Assembly: GCA_040219235.1 (NCBI GenBank)
Contig: JAVJSV010000007.1
Coordinates: 102,841 to 166,840 of the forward strand
Length of the DNA: 64,000 nt
Source: Rhodospirillaceae bacterium
Lineage (GTDB): Bacteria; Pseudomonadota; Alphaproteobacteria; Rhodospirillales; Rhodospirillaceae
Reading direction: 5' to 3'
This document shows, piece after piece, positions 8,151 to 18,245 of this stretch; the stretch's first letter is position 1, and each line of letters starts with the position of its first letter. Under the pieces are notes generated by a model, which ran no database searches, was not told the DNA's origin, and saw only the letters and a program-made list of their open reading frames with translations. The position numbers and the translations under genes were made by a program.

Positions 8151-8320
8151 GCCACGTAAATGTTTTGCCATACATGCGCGGAAAGTGTTGGTTTAAGAAG
8201 TCTAAATTCATATGTAAATGACTGTAAATTAAAACCATTACTTCGCTAAACTTCACCCCCTGATTCACATCTCAATTTATCGGTTGAAGAGGGGGGCCTA
8301 ACCATACAAAGGCATTATTT

Positions 8321-10504
8321 ATGACTCTCAAACGTTTCCTTGCTGCCACCTGTGCCCTGACAGCGCTTGGCGCCGGTTCGGCTAATGCGCAACAAATCGC
8401 TCTGGAAGAGATTGTTGTGACGGCGCGTAAAACAGAGGAGCGCCTGCAGGATGTTCCATTGTCCATCACCGCGTTTACCGCTGATGAATTGACGGAGCGT
8501 GGCCTGGATGATGTGTTTGAGATCAGCCAATTCACCACAAACTTCGGCTTTGAAAAACTCAACCGCTATGGTGTGCAAGGCGGTGGCAGCCGTCCGGTGA
8601 TTCGCGGGCAATCCAACATTCTTGGCGAAGGCAATGCCTCGGTGTTCGTGGACGGGATTCAATACAACGATTCAATTTTATCCTTCCCCTTCGACATTGT
8701 TGAACGGGTCGAGGTCATCAAAGGGCCGCAAGCCGCTCTGTTTGGCCGTTCAACCTTTGCCGGTGCGATCAGCATCACCACGAAAAAGGGCTCAAACGAA
8801 TTTGAGAATAAAGTTTCCGTCCGTGCCGCCGAGCATGATGATTACGAAGTCAATCTTATGTCCCGCGGCCCAATCGTAGAAGACAAAGTGTTCTACATGG
8901 TGCATGGCCGCTACTATGATTACGGCGGTGAATACCGCAACAGCCTGGATAACCAAAAAGTGGGCCAGGAAGAATCCCTCAACTTCAATGCCGCTTTAGA
9001 GTTCCGGGCCAGCGAAAATTTCACAGCAACCCTGGCCGGCGGGTATGGCAAGGATGATGACGGTGCCGCTGCAATCGTGTTGCAGGACCGCACTTTCAAC
9101 AACTGCTTCCTTGATGTCGCCCGGCAATACTACTGCGGTGAAGTCAACGAATTCACCACAACCGAGCAAAACCTAGATCTGTTCGGTGATGACATCGGCC
9201 TCGACAAAGACAGCTACCGTCTGTCCGCTAAGCTAGAATACGACGGCGGTGATTTCGCCATCACCTCCAACACCGGTTATTTCAAATCCGATCAGAAATA
9301 CGGCTATGATGTTGACTTAACGTCCAACTCAACCGCGCTCGGCGGCACCTTTAACCGTATTGCTTTCAGTGATCGCGAAGAGTGGTCAACGGAAGTCCTG
9401 GTGCAGTCCACCTGGGATTCACCGCTCAACTATCTGTTCGGCACATATTACTACAACAGCGACCGCAGCTTCCGTGAAGATCGTTTGGCCGGATTTACCG
9501 TCGATGATGGTGTCGACAAGGTCCGCAACTGGGCCGGTTTTGGTCTGTTGTCTTATGACCTTACGGAAAGCCTGACCGCGGCGGTCGAACTCCGTTATTC
9601 CTCGGATAAAGTCTCCAACGAAAACCCAACACGTGCGGGATTGCCTCTGCTTGAAGAGACCTTCAAGAGCTGGACGCCGCGCTTTACCGTGGATTGGCAG
9701 GTCAATGATGACTCCTTGATCTATGCCTCGCTAGCCAAGGGCAACAAGCCGGGGGCGTTCAACGCCAACCCGTTGATTGACCCAGTGCTCATTCCGGTCG
9801 AGGAAGAAAAATCTTGGAACTACGAATTGGGCACCAAGAACACTCTGCTTGATGGCCGCATGACGTTGAATGCCGCGATCTTCTACATTGATTGGACCAA
9901 TCAGCAACTTACCTCACAGACCACCCTGAGCTCAGGGGCGCCAGCCTCATACATCAGTAATGCTGGTGAAACCAAGGTGGAAGGTATTGAGATTGAGATG
10001 ACCAACGCCTTCACCGACAACTTTACGGGCGGCTTTGGCTATGGGTTGAATGACGCTACCTTTGTCGTTAACGATGATCTTGAACAGGCGGCCTTCTTTG
10101 GTGATCCGTCGGTTGCGGGCAACCAAACCCCGAACAACTCCAAGCATCAGCTTAACGTGTTTGGCCGTTATGAGTATCCGGTGGCCGATGGCATTAACGC
10201 CTTTTTCCGGGCTGATTTCTCTTACGCCGAACGCAAGTATGCTCAGGTCTATAACCTGGCCCATACCGGTGATCAGAAGCTGTTGAACCTGAAGGTCGGA
10301 TTGGACGCCGATAATTGGCAGGTCACTTTGTTTGTCGATAACGTGACAGACGACTTGACCCCGTCCACCGTCATCCGGTTTGTCGACTTCAAGAACTTCT
10401 TACCCGTTGGCACCAGTGCTCGCACATCCAGCTTCGTCCGGGCTTTCCAGTATCCGCTGGCCGATGGACGGCAGTTCGGTCTCACCGCGTCCTACTCCTT
10501 CTAA
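8321..10504 (+). CDS. TonB-dependent outer-membrane receptor
   Basis: 727 aa. Signal peptide MTLKRFLAATCALTALGAGSANA, TonB box/plug EEIVVTARKTEERLQDVPLSITAF, C-terminal ...GLTASYSF. Confidence 0.9.
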   Translation: MTLKRFLAATCALTALGAGSANAQQIALEEIVVTARKTEERLQDVPLSITAFTADELTERGLDDVFEISQFTTNFGFEKLNRYGVQGGGSRPVIRGQSNILGEGNASVFVDGIQYNDSILSFPFDIVERVEVIKGPQAALFGRSTFAGAISITTKKGSNEFENKVSVRAAEHDDYEVNLMSRGPIVEDKVFYMVHGRYYDYGGEYRNSLDNQKVGQEESLNFNAALEFRASENFTATLAGGYGKDDDGAAAIVLQDRTFNNCFLDVARQYYCGEVNEFTTTEQNLDLFGDDIGLDKDSYRLSAKLEYDGGDFAITSNTGYFKSDQKYGYDVDLTSNSTALGGTFNRIAFSDREEWSTEVLVQSTWDSPLNYLFGTYYYNSDRSFREDRLAGFTVDDGVDKVRNWAGFGLLSYDLTESLTAAVELRYSSDKVSNENPTRAGLPLLEETFKSWTPRFTVDWQVNDDSLIYASLAKGNKPGAFNANPLIDPVLIPVEEEKSWNYELGTKNTLLDGRMTLNAAIFYIDWTNQQLTSQTTLSSGAPASYISNAGETKVEGIEIEMTNAFTDNFTGGFGYGLNDATFVVNDDLEQAAFFGDPSVAGNQTPNNSKHQLNVFGRYEYPVADGINAFFRADFSYAERKYAQVYNLAHTGDQKLLNLKVGLDADNWQVTLFVDNVTDDLTPSTVIRFVDFKNFLPVGTSARTSSFVRAFQYPLADGRQFGLTASYSF

Positions 10505-10557
10505 CAGGACCGCGAAACACTTATCGCTTTACGGGGAGGGGAACCCTAAAGCGGGAT

Positions 10558-10588
10558 AAGGCCGGACCTTCGGGTCCGGCCTTTTTCT
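10558..10588 (+). terminator. Rho-independent terminator
   Basis: AAGGCCGGACC-TTCG-GGTCCGGCCTT followed by TTTCTT, about 55 nt after the stop at 10504. Confidence 0.7.
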
Positions 10589-10694
10589 TGTGCGTGCTGT
10601 CATACTTGGATTTGTTGCGAGCAGCGAGGGTTCCAAAGCTCACCTGTGCCATTTACTCTGGACACTCGGTACATGCCCGAGGGGGACAAGAGAG

Positions 10695-11498
10695 ATGATA
10701 CCTATGATCCGATTTCTAATGATCCGATTTCTAACTGTGGCTCTGCTGGCCGTCCTGCCTGTGCCCTGGACAATGGCCCAAACGGGTGCGCCCGCTCAAG
10801 CGAACGCGCTCAGCGCCAATACCAAATGGATCAAGGGCTCGTACGAGTACGGCTTCCTCGACTCTGATGTCATTCGTGGGCATGAGGATTGGACCATCAC
10901 CGTCCACCCTGACGGCTCGCGTACGGTCGAAGCCTTTGTGGACTTGCGCGAGCAGGGTCATCAAAGCAACGTCATTCTGCGGGTCGATCAGAACTTCCGG
11001 CCCTTAGATACCTATGCCAATTTCTGGCGCTTTGGCGCGTACGGTGGGGCGGCCCGCTTCTGGCTGGAGACTCGCCAGCGCCCCCAAACGGATATTCTCA
11101 ACGGCAACATCATTGGCCCCAACGGCAACGCTACGCTCGCACTTGAGGTGCCGGAGGCGTTTTCCTTGCGGGTTCATCCGGTCATCACCGAGGGCTGGCA
11201 GGTTTTGTTCTACGATCACACCAAGCCCAGCCCGCAGACGGTACCGCTGTATAATATGGTCACCACCAGCGGCGAGGGCATCAAAGGCATCGGCCAGATG
11301 GTCGACAACGAAATCATTTACCATGGCCGCGAAACCGTCACCGTGCCGGCCGGCACTTTCGAGGCCGACCATTACACCTTTTACTTTGGCCGCTATGATA
11401 TCTGGCTGTGGGGCGACGATCAGGTGCTGGTGCGCTATGTCGCCAAAGCCAATAACCGGGAATACCGCCTGACCAAGCTGGAGGTCGGACCAAGATAG
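10695..11498 (+). CDS. Secreted hypothetical protein; paralogue of 30008-30730
   Basis: Track ORF trimmed to ATG 10695, giving signal peptide MIPMIRFLMIRFLTVALLAVLPVPWTMA. It shares the blocks ...W.ITVHPDG.R..., NFRPLD and VTVPAGTFEADHYTF with the 30008 ORF (ITVPAGTFKVDHYHF). I recognised no family. Confidence 0.6.
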   Translation: MIPMIRFLMIRFLTVALLAVLPVPWTMAQTGAPAQANALSANTKWIKGSYEYGFLDSDVIRGHEDWTITVHPDGSRTVEAFVDLREQGHQSNVILRVDQNFRPLDTYANFWRFGAYGGAARFWLETRQRPQTDILNGNIIGPNGNATLALEVPEAFSLRVHPVITEGWQVLFYDHTKPSPQTVPLYNMVTTSGEGIKGIGQMVDNEIIYHGRETVTVPAGTFEADHYTFYFGRYDIWLWGDDQVLVRYVAKANNREYRLTKLEVGPR

Positions 11499-11584
11499 AG
11501 CCAGAACCACGTTCGAAAACGCCGTCAAACCCCCTCCCACAAATTTGATCGCGCATCGCACCTCGCTCGCGGTATACTGCAGGC

Positions 11585-12367
11585 ATGAACATTATGACTC
11601 CTCAGCCCGAAGCCCTGCAGTGCCTGGAAGTGTGGGGCGGCAACCGCATCACCAATCAGGTGGTCAGGGCGGCCAATATCTCCATCGCCATCCACGCGCG
11701 GCCCCATGGGCAAAGCGAGCAGGGTGGCGATATCCATTATGTCTCGGCCTGTAGTGCAGACTCACTGATCCGCATCGCCCTCGCTGATATTTCGGGTCAC
11801 GGCGAAACCTCCGGCCAATTGGCCCAGGGGCTGCATCATCTGATGCGCGCCAATATCGAAAACACCGATCACACCGGCTTTGTCCGCACCCTCAACGAAG
11901 AATTCGGCAAACTGTCTACCGAAGGGAATTTCGCAACGGCTATCATTGCGGCCTATTATAAGCCGAACAATTCCCTCGTGCTCAGCAATGCCGGGCATCC
12001 ACGGCCGCTATGGTTTCGCGCGGCGGATAAGATGTGGCTGTTTCTTGACAACAGCATCGATAACGCCTTGCTTGGCATTGCCGACGCGCCCCTGGGCGTG
12101 ATCGACGGCACCGATTACTCACAGATCGGCATCATCATGGCCCCCGGCGATTTTATCGTGATGTACAGCGACTCCCTGATTGAATCAGAAAACGCCGAGG
12201 GCCAGCCGTTGCATGAAGAAGGGCTGCTCAATCTGGTGGCACAGCTGCCGACCAACGAAGGCTGGGAACTCTGCGATGCGGTCATTGACGCCGTCTCGGC
12301 CTATCGCGGGCATGCCCCGGCTGATGATGATGAATCCGTGCTTGTGATCAGCCGGCCCAACGCCTAA
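11585..12367 (+). CDS. PP2C-family (SpoIIE/RsbU-type) serine phosphatase, catalytic domain only
   Basis: GGDIHYV, ADISGHG, ATAIIAAYY, SNAGHPRPL, IVMYSDSLIE and DDDESVLV are the metal-binding/aspartate blocks of SpoIIE-type PP2C domains. Confidence 0.8.
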   Translation: MNIMTPQPEALQCLEVWGGNRITNQVVRAANISIAIHARPHGQSEQGGDIHYVSACSADSLIRIALADISGHGETSGQLAQGLHHLMRANIENTDHTGFVRTLNEEFGKLSTEGNFATAIIAAYYKPNNSLVLSNAGHPRPLWFRAADKMWLFLDNSIDNALLGIADAPLGVIDGTDYSQIGIIMAPGDFIVMYSDSLIESENAEGQPLHEEGLLNLVAQLPTNEGWELCDAVIDAVSAYRGHAPADDDESVLVISRPNA

Positions 12368-12492
12368 TTCGGGTGTTAAGCCTTTAGTCCACTATGTGGC
12401 GACCTGCACGGAACCGCGCGCATGGTACGCTAGGCTGATTTAGAGTTTACGCACGGAATCTAGATCAAACCTTAGTTTTAGGGAGTCCCGCC

Positions 12493-14007
12493 ATGAATGT
12501 TGTTGTCTCAGATGTGAAGCCACAAACCGCAGGCGCCCAATCGTTTCTGGCCGCGCCCGCCCGCAAAATGCTGATCAACGGCGCGTGGGTTGCAGCTCAA
12601 TCTGGCGCGACACTCGAAACCAAAGACCCGGCCACCGGTAAAGTCCTGGCGACCATTCCCAAAGGTGAGAAGGCCGATGTCGATGCCGCCGTCGCCGCCG
12701 CCCGCGCCAGTTTCGAAAGTGGTGTGTGGAGCAAGATGACCCCCGATGACCGCGGTCGCATTCTGTGGAAAATCTCCGAGTTGATCGAAGCCAACATTGA
12801 TGAACTGGCCGAGTTGGAAACTCTGGACCAGGGCAAGCCGTTGTTTGTTGGCCGTTGGGCCGAGATCCCTGGTGCCGCACAACAGTTCCGCTACTTCGCG
12901 GGCATGACCAGCAAGATCGAAGGGCAAACCATCACGCCGTCCATCAATTACCAGCCCGAAGGCAAAAAAATGTTTGCCTACACCCAGAAGGAACCCCTGG
13001 GCGTCGTTGGGGCCATCACCCCGTGGAACAGTCCGCTGGTGCTGGAGGCCATGAAAATTGCGCCGTGTTTGGCTTCGGGCTGCTCGATGATTCTCAAGCC
13101 CGCCGAAGACACTTCACTCACGGCGCTGAGATTGGGCGAGTTGATCATGGAAGCGGGCGTGCCCGCCGGGGTGTTCAATGTGGTCACAGGGCTGGGGCCA
13201 GAAGCCGGTCAGGCGCTGGCCGAGCACATGGACGTCGACAAAATCGCTTTCACCGGCTCAACCCCGACCGGCCGCAAGATTATCGATGCTGCCAAAACCA
13301 ACATGAAAAAGGTCGCGCTTGAACTGGGTGGCAAATCACCCGCCATTGTCATGGCCGATGCCGATATGGACCTCGCCATTCCCGGTGCGGCCAATGCCAT
13401 CTTCTTTAACGGCGGCCAGGTGTGTGTCGCCGGGTCTCGCCTATACGTTCAAAAGAAAGTGTTCGACAAAGTGGTCTCCGGCATCGCCGACATCGCCAAA
13501 GGTATGCAAATGGGTCACGGCCTTGATCCCGCCACCACCATTGGCCCCATGGTCAATCGGGTGCAGGCCGACCGCGTTAAAGGCTACATTGATGGCGGTG
13601 TTGCGGCGGGGGCTGAAATCGTTGTTGGCGGCGAACAGTTGGGCGAGACGGGCAACTTCATTTCGCCCACCGTCATCGCCAATACGCGCCAGGATATGGC
13701 GGTGGTGCAGGAAGAAATCTTTGGCCCCGTTGTGGTGGCCGCGCCCTTTGACTCCATGGAAGACGTGCCGGCCATCACCAACGACAGCCGCTTCGGTTTG
13801 GCCGCCAGTGTATGGACGCAGGACATTTCCAAGGCCACACGTCTCGCAAACGACATCAAGGCTGGCACCGTGTGGATCAACTGTCACCTGATGTTCGATG
13901 CCAGCCTGCCCATCGGTGGCTATAAGGAATCCGGCTGGAGCCGTGACTCCGGCCAGCAGGCTGTCGACAACTATATGGAAACCAAAACCGTCTGCGCGGT
14001 GGTGTAA
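12493..14007 (+). CDS. NAD(P)+-dependent aldehyde dehydrogenase
   Basis: 504 aa. ITPWNSPL, FTGSTPTGRKI, ELGGKSP (catalytic Glu), FFNGGQVCVAGSRLYV (catalytic Cys), EEIFGPV. Confidence 0.9.
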   Translation: MNVVVSDVKPQTAGAQSFLAAPARKMLINGAWVAAQSGATLETKDPATGKVLATIPKGEKADVDAAVAAARASFESGVWSKMTPDDRGRILWKISELIEANIDELAELETLDQGKPLFVGRWAEIPGAAQQFRYFAGMTSKIEGQTITPSINYQPEGKKMFAYTQKEPLGVVGAITPWNSPLVLEAMKIAPCLASGCSMILKPAEDTSLTALRLGELIMEAGVPAGVFNVVTGLGPEAGQALAEHMDVDKIAFTGSTPTGRKIIDAAKTNMKKVALELGGKSPAIVMADADMDLAIPGAANAIFFNGGQVCVAGSRLYVQKKVFDKVVSGIADIAKGMQMGHGLDPATTIGPMVNRVQADRVKGYIDGGVAAGAEIVVGGEQLGETGNFISPTVIANTRQDMAVVQEEIFGPVVVAAPFDSMEDVPAITNDSRFGLAASVWTQDISKATRLANDIKAGTVWINCHLMFDASLPIGGYKESGWSRDSGQQAVDNYMETKTVCAVV

Positions 14008-14115
14008 CACCCATTGCGTCACTCTCACATTTATTGCGAGAGTCCAGGGCGACGTGAACCTTCAGCGAACCTGGGGAAGCGTCCAGAGTGACTTGAACAC
14101 TTGCGTTTCCCCACC

Positions 14116-14146
14116 CCTGGGTACTCGGACTAAATCCGAGTACGAC
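14116..14146 (+). repeat. REP-like dispersed hairpin element (copy 2)
   Basis: CTGG-GTACTCGGA-CTAAA-TCCGAGTAC-GAC, a 9-bp stem. Inverted copy of the element at 7903-7932. Confidence 0.75.
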
Positions 14147-14265
14147 AGCTTTATTTTTTATCCAAAGCCGGTATCTAAATTCTGTCCGTCACTCCCTCAG
14201 CTTTGTCGGGGTGAAACGTTTTCTGCGGCAACAGGTATCGCTTCCCATGAGCTCTAAATGCGGGC

Positions 14266-14709
14266 ATGGTGCGCCGCATGAATTCAGATATACCAGCGAC
14301 CATCCATATTGTCGGCCCAGCCGATGCACATCTGCTCGAAAACATCGCCGAAGATGTGTTTGACGAACAGGTCACGCCTGATCTGTTGGCCGACTATCTG
14401 GCCGAGCCCAACCATGTTTTATGCGTGGCGGTTCTTGAAGGCGTGGTTATTGGCCAGGCCCGCGCGATCATCCACAAGCATCCCGATAACACTCCGGAAC
14501 TTTACATTGATAATGTGGGTGTGTGCCCGCGCTTTCAACGCAACGGCATTGGCCTGGATATGGTCACCGAGCTCTTTGCCATCGGTCGCGCCCGCCACTG
14601 CACCGATGTTTGGGTGGCCACCGAGGCCGATAACGCCGCCGCGCGCGCGTTCTACAAAAGCTTCGACCTCACCATGGAACCCATGGTCATGTTTGATGGT
14701 GAGCTGTAA
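14266..14709 (+). CDS. GNAT-family N-acetyltransferase
   Basis: IDNVGVCPRFQRNGIGLDMVTELF...ATEADNAAARAFYKSFD is the acetyl-CoA-binding motif A (Q/RxxGxG) region. Confidence 0.8.
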   Translation: MVRRMNSDIPATIHIVGPADAHLLENIAEDVFDEQVTPDLLADYLAEPNHVLCVAVLEGVVIGQARAIIHKHPDNTPELYIDNVGVCPRFQRNGIGLDMVTELFAIGRARHCTDVWVATEADNAAARAFYKSFDLTMEPMVMFDGEL

Positions 14710-14859
14710 GGGGTGCGTTAAACCTCAGATTGCCCAGCCTGTGATAAATCTCAACTTCGTGCGATGCACTCCGGTATAGGGACACGAAGACACCCCTGCT
14801 AAGTTAGGTCTGCTGCATTTTTTGAGTATTCTCAACAATGTGGTGTCTCACGCGCCGCC

Positions 14860-15441
14860 GTGAGAATTGGGGACGATCAACGGGAAAGCCGAGTGGCCAA
14901 GTCTTTATTCCAGTCAGCCGAGTGCCTTGGCTTTTTTAGGCACTGGCAATCTTTGTGCAGCGACGGCCAGATTGTTCCCACACACGCAGATTTTTTAGAT
15001 CATCCACACCCAAGTTACGCGCCGTTTGTTCACATTTCAGAGATGAGCGAAGATGGCACCATGATCGTGCGGCTCATGGGCACCGGCTTGGTTGAACGCT
15101 GGGGCAAAGATAAAACCGGCGAGGCCATGGCCGCAGACCAGCCAGAGGAAATTCGTGACGCGCTGTATCACAACACCCATCAGGTCATAGCGACGCCTTG
15201 CGGTCTGCGCTCGGAAATTGAGCTGGCCGCCAGCAGCGGCTCTGAAATGGTGATCGAAGCGATCACCTTGCCCCTGGTTGTCGCACCGGGAAAACCGGGG
15301 CGTGTGGTGGCCTTTTCGGCGCTGATGCGCAATCTTGAATACGGCGAGCACTCAAAGCGCTACAAAAGCCTCTCCAATGTGCAGTGGCTCGACATCGGCG
15401 CGGGCGTTCCAGACCAGCCACCCTCTATCACTGAGGACTGA
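14860..15441 (+). CDS. PAS_5 (DUF1457)-like PAS-fold protein
   Basis: FFRHWQSLCSDGQIVPTHADFLDH...MIVRLMGTGLVERWGKDKTGE resembles the single-domain PAS_5 proteins common in alphaproteobacteria. GTG start, uncertain. Confidence 0.5.
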   Translation: MRIGDDQRESRVAKSLFQSAECLGFFRHWQSLCSDGQIVPTHADFLDHPHPSYAPFVHISEMSEDGTMIVRLMGTGLVERWGKDKTGEAMAADQPEEIRDALYHNTHQVIATPCGLRSEIELAASSGSEMVIEAITLPLVVAPGKPGRVVAFSALMRNLEYGEHSKRYKSLSNVQWLDIGAGVPDQPPSITED

Positions 15442-15651
15442 CCCCTTAACGCACCTCACAAAACTGAGCACGTGCGTTGCGCTACGCCTGGGTCTTCAGG
15501 TTAAGCCCAAAGACAACGGTATGTGTGTGATGCACACCCTAAGTCACAACTCTAGCCGTCGCCGTCGCAAGTGTTGCGAGGGCCCAGAGTAATAATCACG
15601 CGACACACCGGCCTTTAAAGAACCCGCGTATTCTCAAAAGTTTACGCCAAC

Positions 15652-16491
15652 CTACTTATCCGGCCGTGTAAAGAACTCCGGCTTAATCACCCGCTCGTAC
15701 ATGTCGTAAAAACGCTCCGCGCCGTCGCCCAGGTCGTATTCTAGATCGACCGCATGAAAGATGGTGTTCAGGCAGTCCGCGTTATCGACACACTCCAGGG
15801 TCAACCGCGCCAGTCCATCCCGCGTCACCGGGCCCACGGCAGTGCGGTCGCGGCTCAACATCGCCTCGCCCGATTCAACCGAGCCATCGGGCATCAGGCT
15901 CAGGTGGCGGATAATCGTATAGGGTACGCCACTGTCCGTCAGCACATCTTCGGCGATGGTTTTGGCGGCGATGGCGGTGCGTTGAAATTCAAACACTTCT
16001 TCCATGTTGACTAAGCGCGCGCTGTCGCCCGAGCCCACCGCGCCATGAAAAATAATCTGCTCCACGCCGGTCTGTTTGGCGTACTTTGAAATCAGCTCTT
16101 GGGCTTGATAATAAAAGGCGTTATCGCCGCCCATGCCCTGGGCCGAGGCATCAATCACCACGCGATAGGTGCCCTCTGTAAAGATGCGCTTCATGTCCGC
16201 ATCATCGAGCATGTCACCCACCACGAACGACACCTCAAGTCCGTCGAGACGTTCCCGGTTCGAGCTCGGGCGCGACATCACGGTCACGGTCTGTCCGGCT
16301 GCGACCAAATCTTGCACGATTTCAGAACCGAGCTTGCCGGTGCCGCCAAACACCAATACGCCACCGCTGCCGTTCGTTTCAGCTTCAGCCTGAACCGCGA
16401 ACCCTGACAGACCGAGCGTGGTGGCCAGAACGGCGAGAGCCGCCAGTCCGCTCATCCGAAGTCCAGTCATTTTAATTATCTGTTTGAACAT
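15652..16491 (-). CDS. NAD(P)-binding Rossmann protein (NmrA/atypical-SDR-like) with N-terminal signal peptide
   Basis: Hydrophobic leader ...MSGLAALAVLATTLGLSGFAVQAEA followed by VLVFGGTGKLGSEIVQDLVAAGQTVTVMSR (GxxGxxG). Confidence 0.75.
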   Translation of the reverse strand: MFKQIIKMTGLRMSGLAALAVLATTLGLSGFAVQAEAETNGSGGVLVFGGTGKLGSEIVQDLVAAGQTVTVMSRPSSNRERLDGLEVSFVVGDMLDDADMKRIFTEGTYRVVIDASAQGMGGDNAFYYQAQELISKYAKQTGVEQIIFHGAVGSGDSARLVNMEEVFEFQRTAIAAKTIAEDVLTDSGVPYTIIRHLSLMPDGSVESGEAMLSRDRTAVGPVTRDGLARLTLECVDNADCLNTIFHAVDLEYDLGDGAERFYDMYERVIKPEFFTRPDK

Positions 16492-16709
16492 GTCTTTATC
16501 CTTACTTTCGCAATGGTTTTGTCTCAGCGCAGCAGAATACGATGTACCCTGAACATCTTAAAAAAGGGACTCAAAAGATGAAACCAATATCGAGTTAACG
16601 GGCCTGTGATGTGCGGGCCTGTGATGGGCTGGCAGGTGAGGGGGGTAATCCTATGACTCTCAGCAAACCGGAAGATCTTTAATCAATCGCCCTGAGTGGC
16701 GCTCAGCTT

Positions 16710-18245
16710 TCAGGGCCCAGCGGCATAGGCCGTTTTCAGGTCCATCAGCAAACCGTCCAAGGTGGCCTGGTCATACATGTGGCCAGCTTTAATCACGGTG
16801 TTGATGCGTTTGGCGTTGCCGATATTTTCGCGGGGGTCGGCGTCCAGCAGCACCAGATCGGCCCATTTTCCTGAGCTGACTGTGCCCATCTTATCGTCCA
16901 GGCGCATAAACTCTGCCGGGTACAGCGTGGCGGCCCGCAAGGCTTCCAGCGGCGTCAGTCCGCCTTTAACCAACAACGCCAGCTCTTCATGCAAACTGTA
17001 GCCGGGGGTCAGAAAACCGATCGGGCTGTCCGTGCCGGCCATCACCTTTACGCCGCTGTCATTCAGCTTAGCGACCATGGCGTAGCTCCAGGCTTCGAAG
17101 GCTTTGGATGCTTCAGTGGGCTGCATGCTTTCGGCAAAGCGCTTCGCGCCCGTGTCCCATTGCGCCTGAACCTTTGTGGGCAGATAAGCGTAGGTGTCTT
17201 GAAAATCCGGGCGGGCATAGAGCCGCTCCGTGGCGATGGTGTTGACGGTTAACGTTGGCGTTTGAAACACCGCTTCGCGCGCCAGCACGGCCACCACCGC
17301 GTTACAGCGGGCGCTGTCTTGGGCGGCGATGGCGGCTGTGCGTTGCATGCGGTGCAAGGTGCTGCGCAAGTCCCCGCCATCCATATCAGTGCTGTCGGCT
17401 AGGGTCTTGCGACGCTCCGCCAGCAATGTTTGATAATTCTCCGCGCAGGCCAGTTCCAGATTACGCAGATGCTCCATGCCATCCACCCCGGCTTCTGCGG
17501 CCCCCACCGCATCCATGCTTAAGGGGATGTGAGTGGTGATGGGCAGGCCGAGTTCATTGGCCCGTTGTGCCGCCGCGGCAAAGGTTTCTGGCGTGTTCAT
17601 TTCATACAGCTTGATCAGGTCCATGCCCAAGCCATGCAGCCGGTCGATTTCCGCGCGGGCTTCCTCGGGTGTGCTGACGCCGACTGAAATATTGGGGCGG
17701 CCGTTTAATCCGGCATACACCCGTTGCGCGCCATCCACCAAAGGCCCCGCCAAATACACGCGCGGCGCAATGGCCCCGGGCGCGTGGGCCGCGTCTCGCA
17801 TCGGCAGAACAATATCGGTTAGTCCACCCGTATCGCGCACGCTGGTGATGCCGTTGGCAATAAACAGCGGATACGACGCCTCAATGCCCAGGTCCGGATA
17901 ATAGGAAAGATGCACATGGGCATCCCACAAGCCGGGGATCAGAAACTTGCCCGTGCCATCTATCACACTGGCCCCGACGGGCATGGTGACGGTGGAGGCG
18001 GGACCAACCGCTGTAATGGTGTCGCCGGTCATGACCACTGTGGCATGTTCGATCTGCTGGGTGGCGTCGATCACCGTGACATTTGTAATTACGACTGTCG
18101 TCGCGGGGGTAATGGCCGTTGCTGCCGGGCTTGCCAGCTCAGACGGCGCGGGGCCATCGTCGGAGCATGCTGCGAGGCCAATGCCTAATACAATGCAAGA
18201 TTTGAAGGCAGCGGGCTTGAACAGGCAGCGCAACAGATCGGTCAT
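16710..18245 (-). CDS. Amidohydrolase-superfamily metal hydrolase, lipoprotein-type leader
   Basis: Lipobox-like GIGLAAC, the HxH motif in PGLWDAHVHLSY, and a later ...MAGTDSP block typical of imidazolonepropionase-like amidohydrolases. Confidence 0.85.
   Translation of the reverse strand: MTDLLRCLFKPAAFKSCIVLGIGLAACSDDGPAPSELASPAATAITPATTVVITNVTVIDATQQIEHATVVMTGDTITAVGPASTVTMPVGASVIDGTGKFLIPGLWDAHVHLSYYPDLGIEASYPLFIANGITSVRDTGGLTDIVLPMRDAAHAPGAIAPRVYLAGPLVDGAQRVYAGLNGRPNISVGVSTPEEARAEIDRLHGLGMDLIKLYEMNTPETFAAAAQRANELGLPITTHIPLSMDAVGAAEAGVDGMEHLRNLELACAENYQTLLAERRKTLADSTDMDGGDLRSTLHRMQRTAAIAAQDSARCNAVVAVLAREAVFQTPTLTVNTIATERLYARPDFQDTYAYLPTKVQAQWDTGAKRFAESMQPTEASKAFEAWSYAMVAKLNDSGVKVMAGTDSPIGFLTPGYSLHEELALLVKGGLTPLEALRAATLYPAEFMRLDDKMGTVSSGKWADLVLLDADPRENIGNAKRINTVIKAGHMYDQATLDGLLMDLKTAYAAGP

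Noticed and set aside
13441-14028. Long antisense or overlapping ORFs inside confidently assigned genes, e.g. 13441..14028, 11004..11561, 40314..40853, 44831..45391, 47970..48641, 56332..57168, 61231..61893, 62478..63119 and 36141..36665.
   Set aside because: They lie opposite or out of frame to genes with clear family motifs. They have Arg/Gly/Pro/His-rich low-complexity translations typical of GC-rich shadow ORFs, and no recognisable domains.
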